Source of the DNA: Fibrobacteria bacterium
GTDB taxonomy: Bacteria > Fibrobacterota > Fibrobacteria > UBA11236
Direction: 5' to 3'
Assembly (NCBI GenBank): GCA_035275285.1
Contig: DATENA010000068.1
Location: 303-64,302, forward strand
DNA: 64,000 nt
Of this stretch, positions 52,770 to 62,766 are shown in pieces. Position 1 is the first letter of the stretch, and the number at the start of each line of letters is the position of its first letter. A program made the translations under genes and the position numbers. Below the pieces are notes generated by a model. It did not search any database. It saw only the letters and a program-made list of their open reading frames with translations, and was not told the origin of the DNA.

Positions 52770-53990
52770 CTATGCCTGAGGAGCATCCGCGAGGGTCCGT
52801 TCGATGGTTTCGGCGGCCCGCGCCCAGGTGAAATGTTCCAGGACGAATTGCCGGCCTTCTTCCCCGCGGCGCCGGCAATAGCCGGGATTGCCCAAGAGCC
52901 GTTCGATGGCCGCGGTCAGGTCGGCCACCTGTCCCAAGGGAAAGTATTCCAACCGGTCCCCGAAAACGGAGCGGAAAATGGCCAAGTCGGAGGCCAGGCA
53001 GGGTTTTCCGAAATACAACGCCTGCATGGGCGGCATGCCGAAGCCTTCGAATTCCGTGGGATAAACGACCAGGTCGCATTGCCGGAAAAGGCTCCATAGG
53101 TCGCCGTCGGAAACGAAACCGTGAAAGTGGATGAATGGGGATCCGGCCGCCTGGGATTTCAGGCCGGCCATCTCCGGCCCCGATCCGCAAACGTGGAGTT
53201 CCACGGCATGGTCGAGACGCCGAGAGGCCGCGATCAGATCGTCGACATGTTTGCTCTTGACCAACCGCCCTACGAACAGCAGATGCTTGCGCGAAATGTC
53301 CAACCGCACCGGTTCGGTTTCGGGAGCCTGGTAGGGCATCTGTTCCGGATCGATGCCCGGATGGATCGGTTCCGCTACGGTTTTGCCGTCCAGCCAGCCG
53401 GAGTTGTATTCCCGGGACAAGGCCGAGTTGGGAAACAATATCCGGGATCCCAGGTAGGCCCGGCGCGTGGAGTCCCACAACCTGCGCGTAAAAGGGTCGG
53501 CGAAATTGCGGAACATTTCCTCGCCATACACTTCCCGCATCCAGGGAGGGCATTCGTAGACGAAATTGGCCACCGGGACGCGGAACGAGCGCCCCAAGGC
53601 TTCGGCCTTGATCGCGGAATAGGTCAGGAATCCCAGGATCCAGTCGGGCCGGAGCCGGCGGATCGTCCTGGGAAGCAGCCACCTTTCCCCGAAACGGGAC
53701 AGCATCCGATCCAATTTCGTCAGAATCCGGCCCCGCCTCGGCAGGTTCGGCCGGAAACTCAACGACAGGTTGGCGTCGGTCCGGACCCAATGCATGTCGT
53801 GCACCCCGTAAATATGGACGCTATGGCCGCGGCGGGCCAGGAACTCGCCGAATTTGTAGATGGCATAGCAACCGCCGGCGGCGGCATGGGGTTGATCGTT
53901 CTCTATGATGAACAGCAATCTCAAGACGGCCGTAGCCTTGGCGGTTTCCGGCCCCAAGGCCCGTTCGGTCGCTTCGGCGATCCTTTTCAA
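52770..53990 (-). CDS. Glycosyltransferase family 4
   Basis: FVGRLVKSK, EGFGMPPMQA..GKP.LASD. Confidence 0.92.
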   Translation of the reverse strand: MKRIAEATERALGPETAKATAVLRLLFIIENDQPHAAAGGCYAIYKFGEFLARRGHSVHIYGVHDMHWVRTDANLSLSFRPNLPRRGRILTKLDRMLSRFGERWLLPRTIRRLRPDWILGFLTYSAIKAEALGRSFRVPVANFVYECPPWMREVYGEEMFRNFADPFTRRLWDSTRRAYLGSRILFPNSALSREYNSGWLDGKTVAEPIHPGIDPEQMPYQAPETEPVRLDISRKHLLFVGRLVKSKHVDDLIAASRRLDHAVELHVCGSGPEMAGLKSQAAGSPFIHFHGFVSDGDLWSLFRQCDLVVYPTEFEGFGMPPMQALYFGKPCLASDLAIFRSVFGDRLEYFPLGQVADLTAAIERLLGNPGYCRRRGEEGRQFVLEHFTWARAAETIERTLADAPQA

Positions 53991-55255
53991 GCAGAAACCT
54001 CGGTTTCCCTGCCGGCGAATGCAAGGTGCGGTCGATTGGGGGCCTCGAAAAGCTTCCGGAACAGGGAAACGGATCGGACGAGATCAAAGTGCGCAGCGGC
54101 TGTTTCAGCTTCAATTCCAAACCGTTTCCGAAGCGTATCGTTTCCCATCAGTTCACCCATCGCTTCGGTCAAGCTGAGCGCCGATCCCGTTTGGAACAAC
54201 CGGCCGTCCACCCCGTCCCGGATCATCTCGGGGATGCCGTGCAGGGCGGGCGCGATGACGGGCAGACCACAGGCCAACGCTTCCAGGATGACGAAGGGCG
54301 AGCCTTCGCTGACGCTGGTCAGGAGGAATATATCGGCCCGGCGATATTCCAGCCATACCTCATCCTGGGGAATGGCTCCCACCAAGGTGACCCTGGTTTC
54401 CAATCCGAGCGTCCGAATCTGCGCTTCCAGGTCGGAGCGCAGGGGCCCCTCCCCCACCAGGCGCAGGTGGAACTCGAAGCCGCTGCGCGCCGCCTGGGAA
54501 CAGGCCTCCAGCAGCAAGTGCTGGGCTTTTTGCCAGATCAGGCGGCCCACTGAAAGCAGGCGCAGGGGAGACCGGCCGGAGAAGGACGCATGTCTGGCCG
54601 GGTTCCGCCCCTCGGCGGGGGGTATCCTGTTCCTATCGATGCCGAACGGAATGACGTGCAGGGTATGGCGCAGAGGCGCCGGAATCTTGGGTCTCAGGAA
54701 GGCGGCATTGTACTCCGTGGCCAGCCGCGTGAACCGGGCGTGGCCGAGCTTTTCGGCATGTAGGACCCGGTCCACGAAAATGTCGCTTCCATGCGCCGTC
54801 AGGCTATAGCTCATGCCATGGATCCGGTTCAGGAAATACGCGACGGACGCTCCGCCGAACAGGAAATGGGCATGCACATGGCGGCACCCGCGCTCCCGGA
54901 TTTCCGGATGGATGTAAACGGCTTCGGCGAAATGGTACAGGGTCCTAACCCGGTTCCGGATCCCCAGTCCGCGTTTGGCCAGAATCCACGCGATGCAGGA
55001 GAGGTAACTCCACGGTTTCTGCGCCAGGACCTTCAGATGCCGGGCGAAAAAAGGACCTTTGCGGATGGGAAAGATATACCGCGTCTCGCGGACGAACCGT
55101 TCGAAGGCGGAAGGATATTCCTTCGCGCCGGGTTTCTGCACGGCGAACAGGGCCAGTTCCGCGCCCTGCCTGCGCATTTCATCCACTTCGTCGTTGATGA
55201 AGGTACTCGAGTACTGCGGGAAGGTGTGGATGAGGTAGGCCATCATTTGCGCCAT
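53987..55255 (-). CDS. Glycosyltransferase family 4 (WcaL-like)
   Basis: MAYLIHTFPQYSSTFI.DE, HVHAHF, SLTAHGSDI, SVGRL..QK, SEGSP..ILEALA. Confidence 0.92.
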   Translation of the reverse strand: MAQMMAYLIHTFPQYSSTFINDEVDEMRRQGAELALFAVQKPGAKEYPSAFERFVRETRYIFPIRKGPFFARHLKVLAQKPWSYLSCIAWILAKRGLGIRNRVRTLYHFAEAVYIHPEIRERGCRHVHAHFLFGGASVAYFLNRIHGMSYSLTAHGSDIFVDRVLHAEKLGHARFTRLATEYNAAFLRPKIPAPLRHTLHVIPFGIDRNRIPPAEGRNPARHASFSGRSPLRLLSVGRLIWQKAQHLLLEACSQAARSGFEFHLRLVGEGPLRSDLEAQIRTLGLETRVTLVGAIPQDEVWLEYRRADIFLLTSVSEGSPFVILEALACGLPVIAPALHGIPEMIRDGVDGRLFQTGSALSLTEAMGELMGNDTLRKRFGIEAETAAAHFDLVRSVSLFRKLFEAPNRPHLAFAGRETEVSA

Positions 55256-56355
55256 GCCAGCAACTCCAATTTCAGCGCGATTTGGGAAAGGTCCTGGGGA
55301 GTGATCACCTTGCGCGGCACCAGGAACGGATCGTCTCCGGGACGGACCGCGCGTTCTTCCGTGGTGACGGCCAATTGCACTCCCGGTACGCGGTCCGGGC
55401 CAAGCGGCCCGGCCGGGCCGGCAGGCTCGGCCGCTTCTCGACGCGAGGAGGTCCGTTCCAGGTCCGACAAGACCTCGTGCGGATACCCCGAAGCCCCTCC
55501 TACGTCCATGGATTCGCCGAATGGATACGCGAAAAACCGGACGTCGAATCCCGCGCCGGCAAGGTCCGTCAGCCCGCCCAGTATTTCCATCCGGCATTCC
55601 GGGGCGGGAATCCGGGCCAGGGAGGGATGGCTGCGGGTATGTCCGCCCAATTCGATGCCGCGCCGCGCCGAATCCAAGGCCTCGGCGAGCGTCATGGTCT
55701 CGCAAGGTGCGGCCACGGCCTCGGACCCCGCCTGGTTGGCCTGCAGCCACTCCAGGAAAAGCCCGCGGGTCGGCGTATCCAATCCCTTGGAGCAATCCAG
55801 GATCCGTTGCAACCCGGCCTTGCCGGAGTTGCCCGGGTCGTCCGCGAACGCGTCCAAGGCTTCGACCAATTCTTTCGGCAGTCCGGCGGCGGCATCCGGG
55901 GCCGGAGCTTTCCCGTTCCAGAGCTTGAGCCGCATCCATAGGACATCGTACCAATAGGGGAGGCGGTCCAACAGCGGACCGGTGGAAATGAAGTAGGTGG
56001 CGGGTAATCGCCTGGAGTTGAGCAACGGCAAAACGATGTGATAGTTGTCGGCATACCCGTCATCGAAGGTCAACGCCACGGAGTCGCGCCGCAGGGTTTC
56101 CCGCCCGGCAAGGTAACCGGCCACCTTGGCCAGGGGAAGGACGTCGAATCGGCACGCGTACCAATCCAACTGTCGCGCGAATTCGGAAGGCGTCGCCGAA
56201 AGCGCGGGTTTTCCGGGATCTTCGTCGACCCGGTGATAGCACAGGACGATAAGCCTGGGGCCCCGCAAGGCGCGTCTCAGGATCCCGGCCATGCGGATCG
56301 CTCCGGCATGCCGGAGCCACCAGGCCAGGAGTCGTTTGCTTGCGGATGCCCTCAC
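55243..56355 (-). CDS. Polysaccharide deacetylase family protein
   Basis: VLCYHRV, LTFDDGYADN, ELGGHTRSH, FAYPFG; probable GTG start at 56355 after GAAAG. Confidence 0.88.
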   Translation of the reverse strand: MRASASKRLLAWWLRHAGAIRMAGILRRALRGPRLIVLCYHRVDEDPGKPALSATPSEFARQLDWYACRFDVLPLAKVAGYLAGRETLRRDSVALTFDDGYADNYHIVLPLLNSRRLPATYFISTGPLLDRLPYWYDVLWMRLKLWNGKAPAPDAAAGLPKELVEALDAFADDPGNSGKAGLQRILDCSKGLDTPTRGLFLEWLQANQAGSEAVAAPCETMTLAEALDSARRGIELGGHTRSHPSLARIPAPECRMEILGGLTDLAGAGFDVRFFAYPFGESMDVGGASGYPHEVLSDLERTSSRREAAEPAGPAGPLGPDRVPGVQLAVTTEERAVRPGDDPFLVPRKVITPQDLSQIALKLELLAWRK

Positions 56356-56635
56356 CTTTCGATCCGTCCCGGTTTTCGGCCGTTTTCCTTCGAAGAAACT
56401 GGGACGGGGATGAAGTTCGACCGCCGAGCACTCATTCAAAAGAGACAAAATATACCTGCAGATGGGAGGGGATTGCTCCGGGGTCGAAACGGGAAATCCC
56501 CTGTTCGCCGATTTGAAATCAGTTCGCAATCACCGTAAAATTCCTGGAAGCGTTTCCGCCGAAGAGGATCAAGATCGAAGCAGAGATCGATTCTCCGAAT
56601 CGCACGGTTTGCTCCATTGAGGGATCTCTACCCCG

Positions 56636-57604
56636 CTACATCGGGGAATAGACGCCGAAGGTATAATTGGCGCGGGGCAGGGTCTTCAGGTATTCCTTTT
56701 CGAATTCGAAAAGCGCGTCCAGGATATGATTCGAGGCCTCGTTCTCCAGATAATGGTGGACGGTTCCCTTCAAGACCGGGGCCAGCAGATCACCGCCTAT
56801 CTTTTTCTCTTCGAGGACATGGAACCGTTCGCCGATGGCCGGGAGGATTTCGCCGGATTTAATCCCTTCCGACGGATCGGACAGATACATTCTGACGTAT
56901 CCCGGCGCCCATATCCTGCTTTTGAGGATGGAGGTCCGGTAAAAAGTGCGATGGGACCGGGGAATCAATTCAAGGGCCTGATTGCATTTCCGGACATGGC
57001 TTTCGGTATATTGGTACCGGTTCGGCCCCGTGAATTCGACGATGACCAGCAGCCCGTCCTTCTTGAGATAGGTTTTCACCTTTTCCAGCAACGGGCCGAG
57101 ATTGTCGAAATGATGCAGGCAACTGTCGAACAACACGATATCGTATTTGGTTTCGACCTTCAGGTCATAGATATTCCCTACGGAAAACCGGATATTGGCA
57201 AGATTCAAGGCCACGGCTTTTTTCGTGGCCGCTTCGATTCTCGTGGGTGAGATGTCATATCCATCGATGCGCTCGAAGGCGGGGATTTTCGCGAACTGGA
57301 TTTCCTTGATTCCGGCCCCGCACCCGGGGGAGAGCATATGGATGTTCGTCCGGCCTCGGAAATATTTATCGACCACGTACTGGGCATAGCCGAGATTCTC
57401 GTCGCCGGTCATGTTTTTCTGGACATATTTCTCGACCTGCGGCAGGTCATACCAATTGATCAACATATTGGTGTGTTTGTTCCACCTTGCGAGGGTCCTG
57501 CTTTTGCCGGAAATCCGCAAAGTCCTCAGAATGGTCTTGAAATAGGACCATTTCGCCTGCAGATAAAAGTCCTGGAAATCCGCAGGGGTTATCACCCGAA
57601 TCAT
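56636..57604 (-). CDS. Class I SAM-dependent methyltransferase
   Basis: LSPGCGAG, GYDISP, YDIVLF.SCLHH, LKKDGLLVIVEFTGP, DPSEGI. Confidence 0.88.
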   Translation of the reverse strand: MIRVITPADFQDFYLQAKWSYFKTILRTLRISGKSRTLARWNKHTNMLINWYDLPQVEKYVQKNMTGDENLGYAQYVVDKYFRGRTNIHMLSPGCGAGIKEIQFAKIPAFERIDGYDISPTRIEAATKKAVALNLANIRFSVGNIYDLKVETKYDIVLFDSCLHHFDNLGPLLEKVKTYLKKDGLLVIVEFTGPNRYQYTESHVRKCNQALELIPRSHRTFYRTSILKSRIWAPGYVRMYLSDPSEGIKSGEILPAIGERFHVLEEKKIGGDLLAPVLKGTVHHYLENEASNHILDALFEFEKEYLKTLPRANYTFGVYSPM

Positions 57605-57888
57605 AGTTCCCGCCCCCGTTCCGGCTTCTCCGAAGCTCGTGGAAAAAATGGGTTCCAATCGTCCATGCATCCGGACGCATCGTAGCCGAGCAATCATAGC
57701 AAAATCGGTGGATGGCCCGACGACCGGACCGGATCGAAACACCTTCTCCACGCAATCGAAACCGCTCCCGCTTACCATCCTTCCGGTTTTCAACAGCTAT
57801 CATCAGCAGATCACCGCGGGCTATGCGGTGAAGCCCGTCGGCCCTGGTTCGCCCTGACCTTCTGGGTTTCAATCAGCATACCCGCGCA

Positions 57889-60029
57889 GTGGAAGCGGTC
57901 CCGAATGGAATCCCCGACCTGATCGACAAGTATATCGAAAGGTATATGGTCAGAGCGGTTGAGGTTCCTTCCCTGTACGGCGGAACCTCCGCTCCCAAGG
58001 TGGATATTCTCAACTTCGGGTATGGCTTCGAAGGATATTTACGAGAAGGGATTCCGAACATCCAGGTCCTCAACAACGTCATTTTCGGCACCTCCACCCT
58101 TTTGACCATCACCTTCCCGCCTTATTGGACCAGATCCGGATACCGGCCCCAACCCCGCAATCCCGCGATACCATGCCCGGTATTGCTGCACGGAAACGGC
58201 TATGGAGTGGAAAACAACAATGAACAATACGGGAATCCCAACCGTCCCGGAATGCAAAACCCGGATCCGAACGACGTGCTCAACGTGGCCATGGCGCATA
58301 AAAAGGGTATTGGCGTGATTGCCGTTTATATCAACAATGGCGGCCGGGAATCCCAAGGGATAAACTATGGCCTGTTGGACGCGATTAAGGGCTTTTTCCA
58401 ATCCGGCGCTCCCGCCTTTGGCGCGGACATTTCCAGGATAATCGCTTTCGGCGGTTCACGGGGAGGCGGAGAAGCGGCCGTTTGGGGGACCTTGACCACC
58501 CCGAACGGAATGAACGTACGAACCATCCTCTCCTCGGTTCCCCCGGTCCGGATGGCGAGTTCCGCAGAGCTTTCCTTGTCCACTTTTCCCGGGTTGGGGG
58601 GGCCTTCATGACCGGTCTGAACTCGGCCAATGCGTGGAAGGTCGACTACGCGGGAATGACCCGGACGGAAAAAGCCCAAGCGGTTTCCAGAATCATAGTG
58701 GGAACGCCTCCCAATGCCCCCTTGTCCGACGCGGACAACAGATCCACCTATGGCTTTATGCGTGATCCTCAATCCGGGAACGCATTGAAAGCGAAATCCA
58801 TGCATTTTGCCACCGGAAGCCATGACTCCTTTTTTCCTTTCGGCTATTTCCTGGAAATGGATAATAAGCTCACCCAGGATGAAATCGGGCATACCACCCT
58901 GATTTCATATGTGGCCGGACATGCCGTTGAAACCGAGTGGGCCGACTTCGAGGCCGCGATCGACAATCTTTACGCTGCAGTTCCGCCGGTGGTGACCGGA
59001 ACCCGCCGGAAATTCATCATCCCGGAAAAAGTGCTGTTCACAGAGACCAGCCCGAGTCTCCAGCCCGGCAATGTCTGGATCCTGAGCCCGGAGCTGATTG
59101 CCAATCCCATCCTCAGCAACCGACCCGCCTATTTCGGCCTGCCCGCCCCCACGCCGGAACAACGGGCAAGCCTTGCCGCGAATCTCGGCTTTTCGGCTTC
59201 CGTGCCCTTGATCATCATCAAGGACAAATCCTTTGAAATCTCCCTCTCCGGCCAGGCCGGAAAAACCTGGGAGGTCCGGGCCCGGTTGGACGCGGGATAT
59301 GCCGACCTGTACAAGGTAACCGGCCGATTCGGGGATCCCGAGATCGAAATCTACTCGAACCTGGAAACCCCTCCCCCCGCGCCCGTCAAGGAATATGGAT
59401 CGGAGTTCATGTTGTTGAAAGGAATCAGCTTCGCGGAGCTATTGCCGGATGTGGAATGGGAGTTCAAATATGACGGCCGGGAAGTGCCCAACCGGTTCTC
59501 CCCTCAGGTCTCCCAGACGCTGAGAACCGTGGGCCGCCCGGATCCCGATCCCGAACCCTACCATTTTCTGCGTACGGTATCCCGGATCTACGCGAGCGAA
59601 GCCGGTTTTTCGGAAAACTCCTACTATCGTCATGGCAGGTTCAACCCGGCGAATAACGGAGTGGATCAATTCCATACCCTTTTGTTTTCGCCGAATCAAA
59701 AGGCGACCTTGTACCAATCCATCTCGATTCCGGCCCTATCCAAATCCACGCCCGGCACTCTCGGGTTCCGCATTTGGCCGTACTGCACCGGATGCAGCGC
59801 TCCCGACTTGAACGGGGTCCGCTTCGACGGCGATTTGGATTCTTTGCGCTTCGATCTCCGCTTCCAAAACGGAAACGCCATCCCTCATGGGACCATGAAC
59901 CGATTCACGGGCGAGTTCTCCATTCCCTATAACCAATTGCCGGATGCGTCGGGATTTTATACGGCCTGGGTTACCGACGGCAAAGGGGGAACCGACAGTT
60001 CCACCTTCTTCGTGCAGATCAACCCCTGA
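57889..60029 (+). pseudogene. Frameshifted alpha/beta-hydrolase with C-terminal Ig/cadherin-like domain (ORFs 57889-58611 and 58608-60029)
   Basis: GGSRG nucleophile elbow in ORF1; candidate acid and His (TGSHDSFF, AGHA) in ORF2; junction at a G7 run (58596-58602), where G8 fuses the frames. Confidence 0.65.
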
Positions 60030-60270
60030 TTCCCGCAACCGGGACGGGAGAGTCGGGATGGACGCGATGGAAATTTTCAAGCCGGTTGCGGATTTCATAC
60101 GCGTTACAAACGGCCTTCCTTACCCCATTCCGTCTGTCCATCGGCAGGGGAGGCTCCCAAGCCTTTTGATTCCTAGCCATTGCACTGCCATCCGAAACAG
60201 GAATATGCCTTTACGCGGACCAACCGGCCATTTTATATCTCTAGCCGGAATTTCGGAATAAAGGTGAGTC

Positions 60271-61449
60271 ATGAACATTGATCGCGATATCCTTTGCGAG
60301 CCGGCTGACCTGGTCCTTGAGGCGCCGGTCCGCAACCGGTCGGCGGAACCGCTGAGCGTCCGCCTTTTCCCCCGCGAATCCAAGGACGCCTTGCGGGACA
60401 AATGGCGCGAGATGGAGGCGGTCTCCGAGCATACCTTTTTCACCTGCTGGGATTGGATTTCCGGCTGGCTGGACACGGTATCCGCGCAGATCCTGCAATG
60501 CGAAGTGCATGCCGGCGAGGAACTGGTGGGCCTGGGTCTTTTCGTGGAAAGGCGGGAGCGGCGCATGGGTTTAATCCCCTTCCGGAGGCTGTTCCTGCAC
60601 CGGACCGGCGAACATGCCCTGGACCGCATGTGCATCGAATGGAACGACCTGCTCATCCGCCCCGGGTTCGAGGAAGGCGTGCGCCGAAGCCTCGTCGAGG
60701 TGCTCACCCGGGAGCCGCGGGGAGCGGACGAGGTCGTGTTCGGATACACGCCGGAGGGCCATGATCGCGGCGTCGCGGGGCCCGGTTTCGTTTCCCGCAT
60801 AGGTTATACGCAGGCTTCCCCGTGGGTGGACCTGGCCCGCGTGCGGGCGGAGGGCGGCTTCGACAATACGTTGTCCCACAAGACCCGCGCCAACGTCCGC
60901 AAGAGCCTGCGCAAGGCGGAGGCCCTGGGAAGAATCGAGCTGCGCAGCGCGGCGACCGCGGGAGAGGCCCTGGACTTCTTCCGGGAGGCGGGGCCCTATC
61001 ACATCGAACGCTGGAAGAACGGCAAGCCCGGCCGCCAAAGCGGCTATCTCAATCCGACGTTCCTGGCGTTCCATGAACGGCTGATCCCGGTGGCATTCGA
61101 TCATGGCCGCCTGGACTTCGTGAAAGTCACCGCCGGCGGCGTCCTGCTTGCCTACATGTATTTTTTCGTGTACCGCAAGGTGGTCCATTTCTACCAGTCC
61201 GTGGTCAATTTCGCCGGCCTGGAAAACGGGCAACCGGGGCTTATCGCCAACTATCTCTGCATCCAGAAATTCGCGGAACAAGATCTGGAGAAATACGATT
61301 TCCTGGCCGGCGATTCCCAATACAAGCGGGTCCTGGCGACCGACACCGCGACCCAGATGTACTTCCACTATCGCAAGCGGAGCCTGAAGATGGGCATGGT
61401 GGAAAGATACCTGGCCTGGAAGCACAAATCCCAAATCAAGCAGGAGTGA
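60271..61449 (+). CDS. GNAT family acyltransferase (CelD/BcsL-like)
   Basis: TFFTCWDW, EWNDLL, HFYQS, PG...YL, YDFLAGDSQYKR.LAT. Confidence 0.88.
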   Translation: MNIDRDILCEPADLVLEAPVRNRSAEPLSVRLFPRESKDALRDKWREMEAVSEHTFFTCWDWISGWLDTVSAQILQCEVHAGEELVGLGLFVERRERRMGLIPFRRLFLHRTGEHALDRMCIEWNDLLIRPGFEEGVRRSLVEVLTREPRGADEVVFGYTPEGHDRGVAGPGFVSRIGYTQASPWVDLARVRAEGGFDNTLSHKTRANVRKSLRKAEALGRIELRSAATAGEALDFFREAGPYHIERWKNGKPGRQSGYLNPTFLAFHERLIPVAFDHGRLDFVKVTAGGVLLAYMYFFVYRKVVHFYQSVVNFAGLENGQPGLIANYLCIQKFAEQDLEKYDFLAGDSQYKRVLATDTATQMYFHYRKRSLKMGMVERYLAWKHKSQIKQE

Positions 61450-62609
61450 TGACAATGGAATCCGCGCTGGCTTCCGTCGAGCTGACGTTCCAGTTCCTGT
61501 CCCCGGAGATCCGCACGCCTGAGCTCGAGGACAAGCTCCAGGCTTTCAAAGAGAAGTACCTGGGGGGGAGAGGCGGGCGCCGGTTCGCGGCCTGGAAATA
61601 CTGCCAGGGCGTCATCGACTCCGGCGATTGCGTGGTCTTCGCCTCGACGCCCGAGGGCGAGATAGCCGGCCACCTCGGCGCCGTCATGTTCCCTTCTGTC
61701 CCGGGATCCGGCGTTTCCCGGATGGCTTTGGGGACGGAATTCGTCGTCGACGAAAAATTCCGCGGCGGCAAGCATGACGTCATCCGCCGCATGGATACCA
61801 TGCTCGGAGAGCGCTTGGCGGGAAAGGGCGTGGAGCTGATGTACGGGGTGCCGAACAAGCCCGGCTACGTGGTGGCCAAGCGCCTCTACCGGCGAGTGGA
61901 CGGAGTGAAATGCGTGTACCTGTCCAAGGTCTTCACCCCAGCCCTGGCGGTTCCGGGCCGGTTCCGCAAAACCGCGCATACCCTGCTTTCCTTCTTCGCC
62001 CGGTCCCAACCGGCCTTGCTCCCTGATTGGGCATGGTCCCGGCCGAAGGCGTTCGAAGCGTCGGAGGTCGATGCTTTTTGCCTCGCTTTCGCGCGGAAGC
62101 TGGAATTCGGGACTTTCCGGAACGCCGCTTTCCTGAACTGGCGCTATGGCGGCGGGGATGGCTCCCGCTATGACAATGTCCAGATCACCGATCGCGGCAG
62201 GGTCATCGGAATCGCCGTGATACGCATGAACCCGCACCGCTGCGTGGGCGCTTTGCTGATGGAGTGCATGGCGCTCGATGACCAAGGCTATGATGCCCTG
62301 TTGGCCGTTTGCATGCGGTTCACCTACCGGCGCGCCCCCGCCCTCACCGTCTTCGGGGTCAAGGACTCCCTGGCATGCGAGGCCTATCTGCGGCATGGAT
62401 TCCGCCACAATGCGGACATACTGCGGGGAATCGAACGCGCGTTGTCATGGGTCCCCGAAAAGGCGCGCAAGCGCCTGATCGCGAAGGCGGAGGAGCATTT
62501 CCATCTGGACGATTACACGACGCTCTATTACTACCCCGATCCCACCCGTTCCAAGGAATTCTTGAAAGGGCGTTGGTACCTCTCCCTCGGGGAGAGATAC
62601 GGGTTTTAG
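61449..62609 (+). CDS. GNAT-fold protein
   Basis: AWKY, VVDEKFRG, LMYGVPN, RNAAFLNWRY..; overlaps the upstream stop. Confidence 0.75.
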   Translation: MTMESALASVELTFQFLSPEIRTPELEDKLQAFKEKYLGGRGGRRFAAWKYCQGVIDSGDCVVFASTPEGEIAGHLGAVMFPSVPGSGVSRMALGTEFVVDEKFRGGKHDVIRRMDTMLGERLAGKGVELMYGVPNKPGYVVAKRLYRRVDGVKCVYLSKVFTPALAVPGRFRKTAHTLLSFFARSQPALLPDWAWSRPKAFEASEVDAFCLAFARKLEFGTFRNAAFLNWRYGGGDGSRYDNVQITDRGRVIGIAVIRMNPHRCVGALLMECMALDDQGYDALLAVCMRFTYRRAPALTVFGVKDSLACEAYLRHGFRHNADILRGIERALSWVPEKARKRLIAKAEEHFHLDDYTTLYYYPDPTRSKEFLKGRWYLSLGERYGF

Positions 62610-62766
62610 GGAGAAACCGTTTCGCCATCCGATTGAAACACGAGCGAGACCCGTAGGGAACGCGCGAAAGCTCTTATCCCAGACATTGACCACTCCCGTT
62701 CGGTTGGCCGGTTCCGCGAGTCCCTGTTCGCGTCCATCGCCGCGGCGGAAAACAGAAGGTGAAGGC

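Noticed and set aside
51881-57604. The two SAM methyltransferases as the missing borosin methyltransferase
   Set aside because: Both are class I Rossmann-type enzymes in a glycan cluster about 48 kb away; borosin enzymes are tetrapyrrole-methylase-like.
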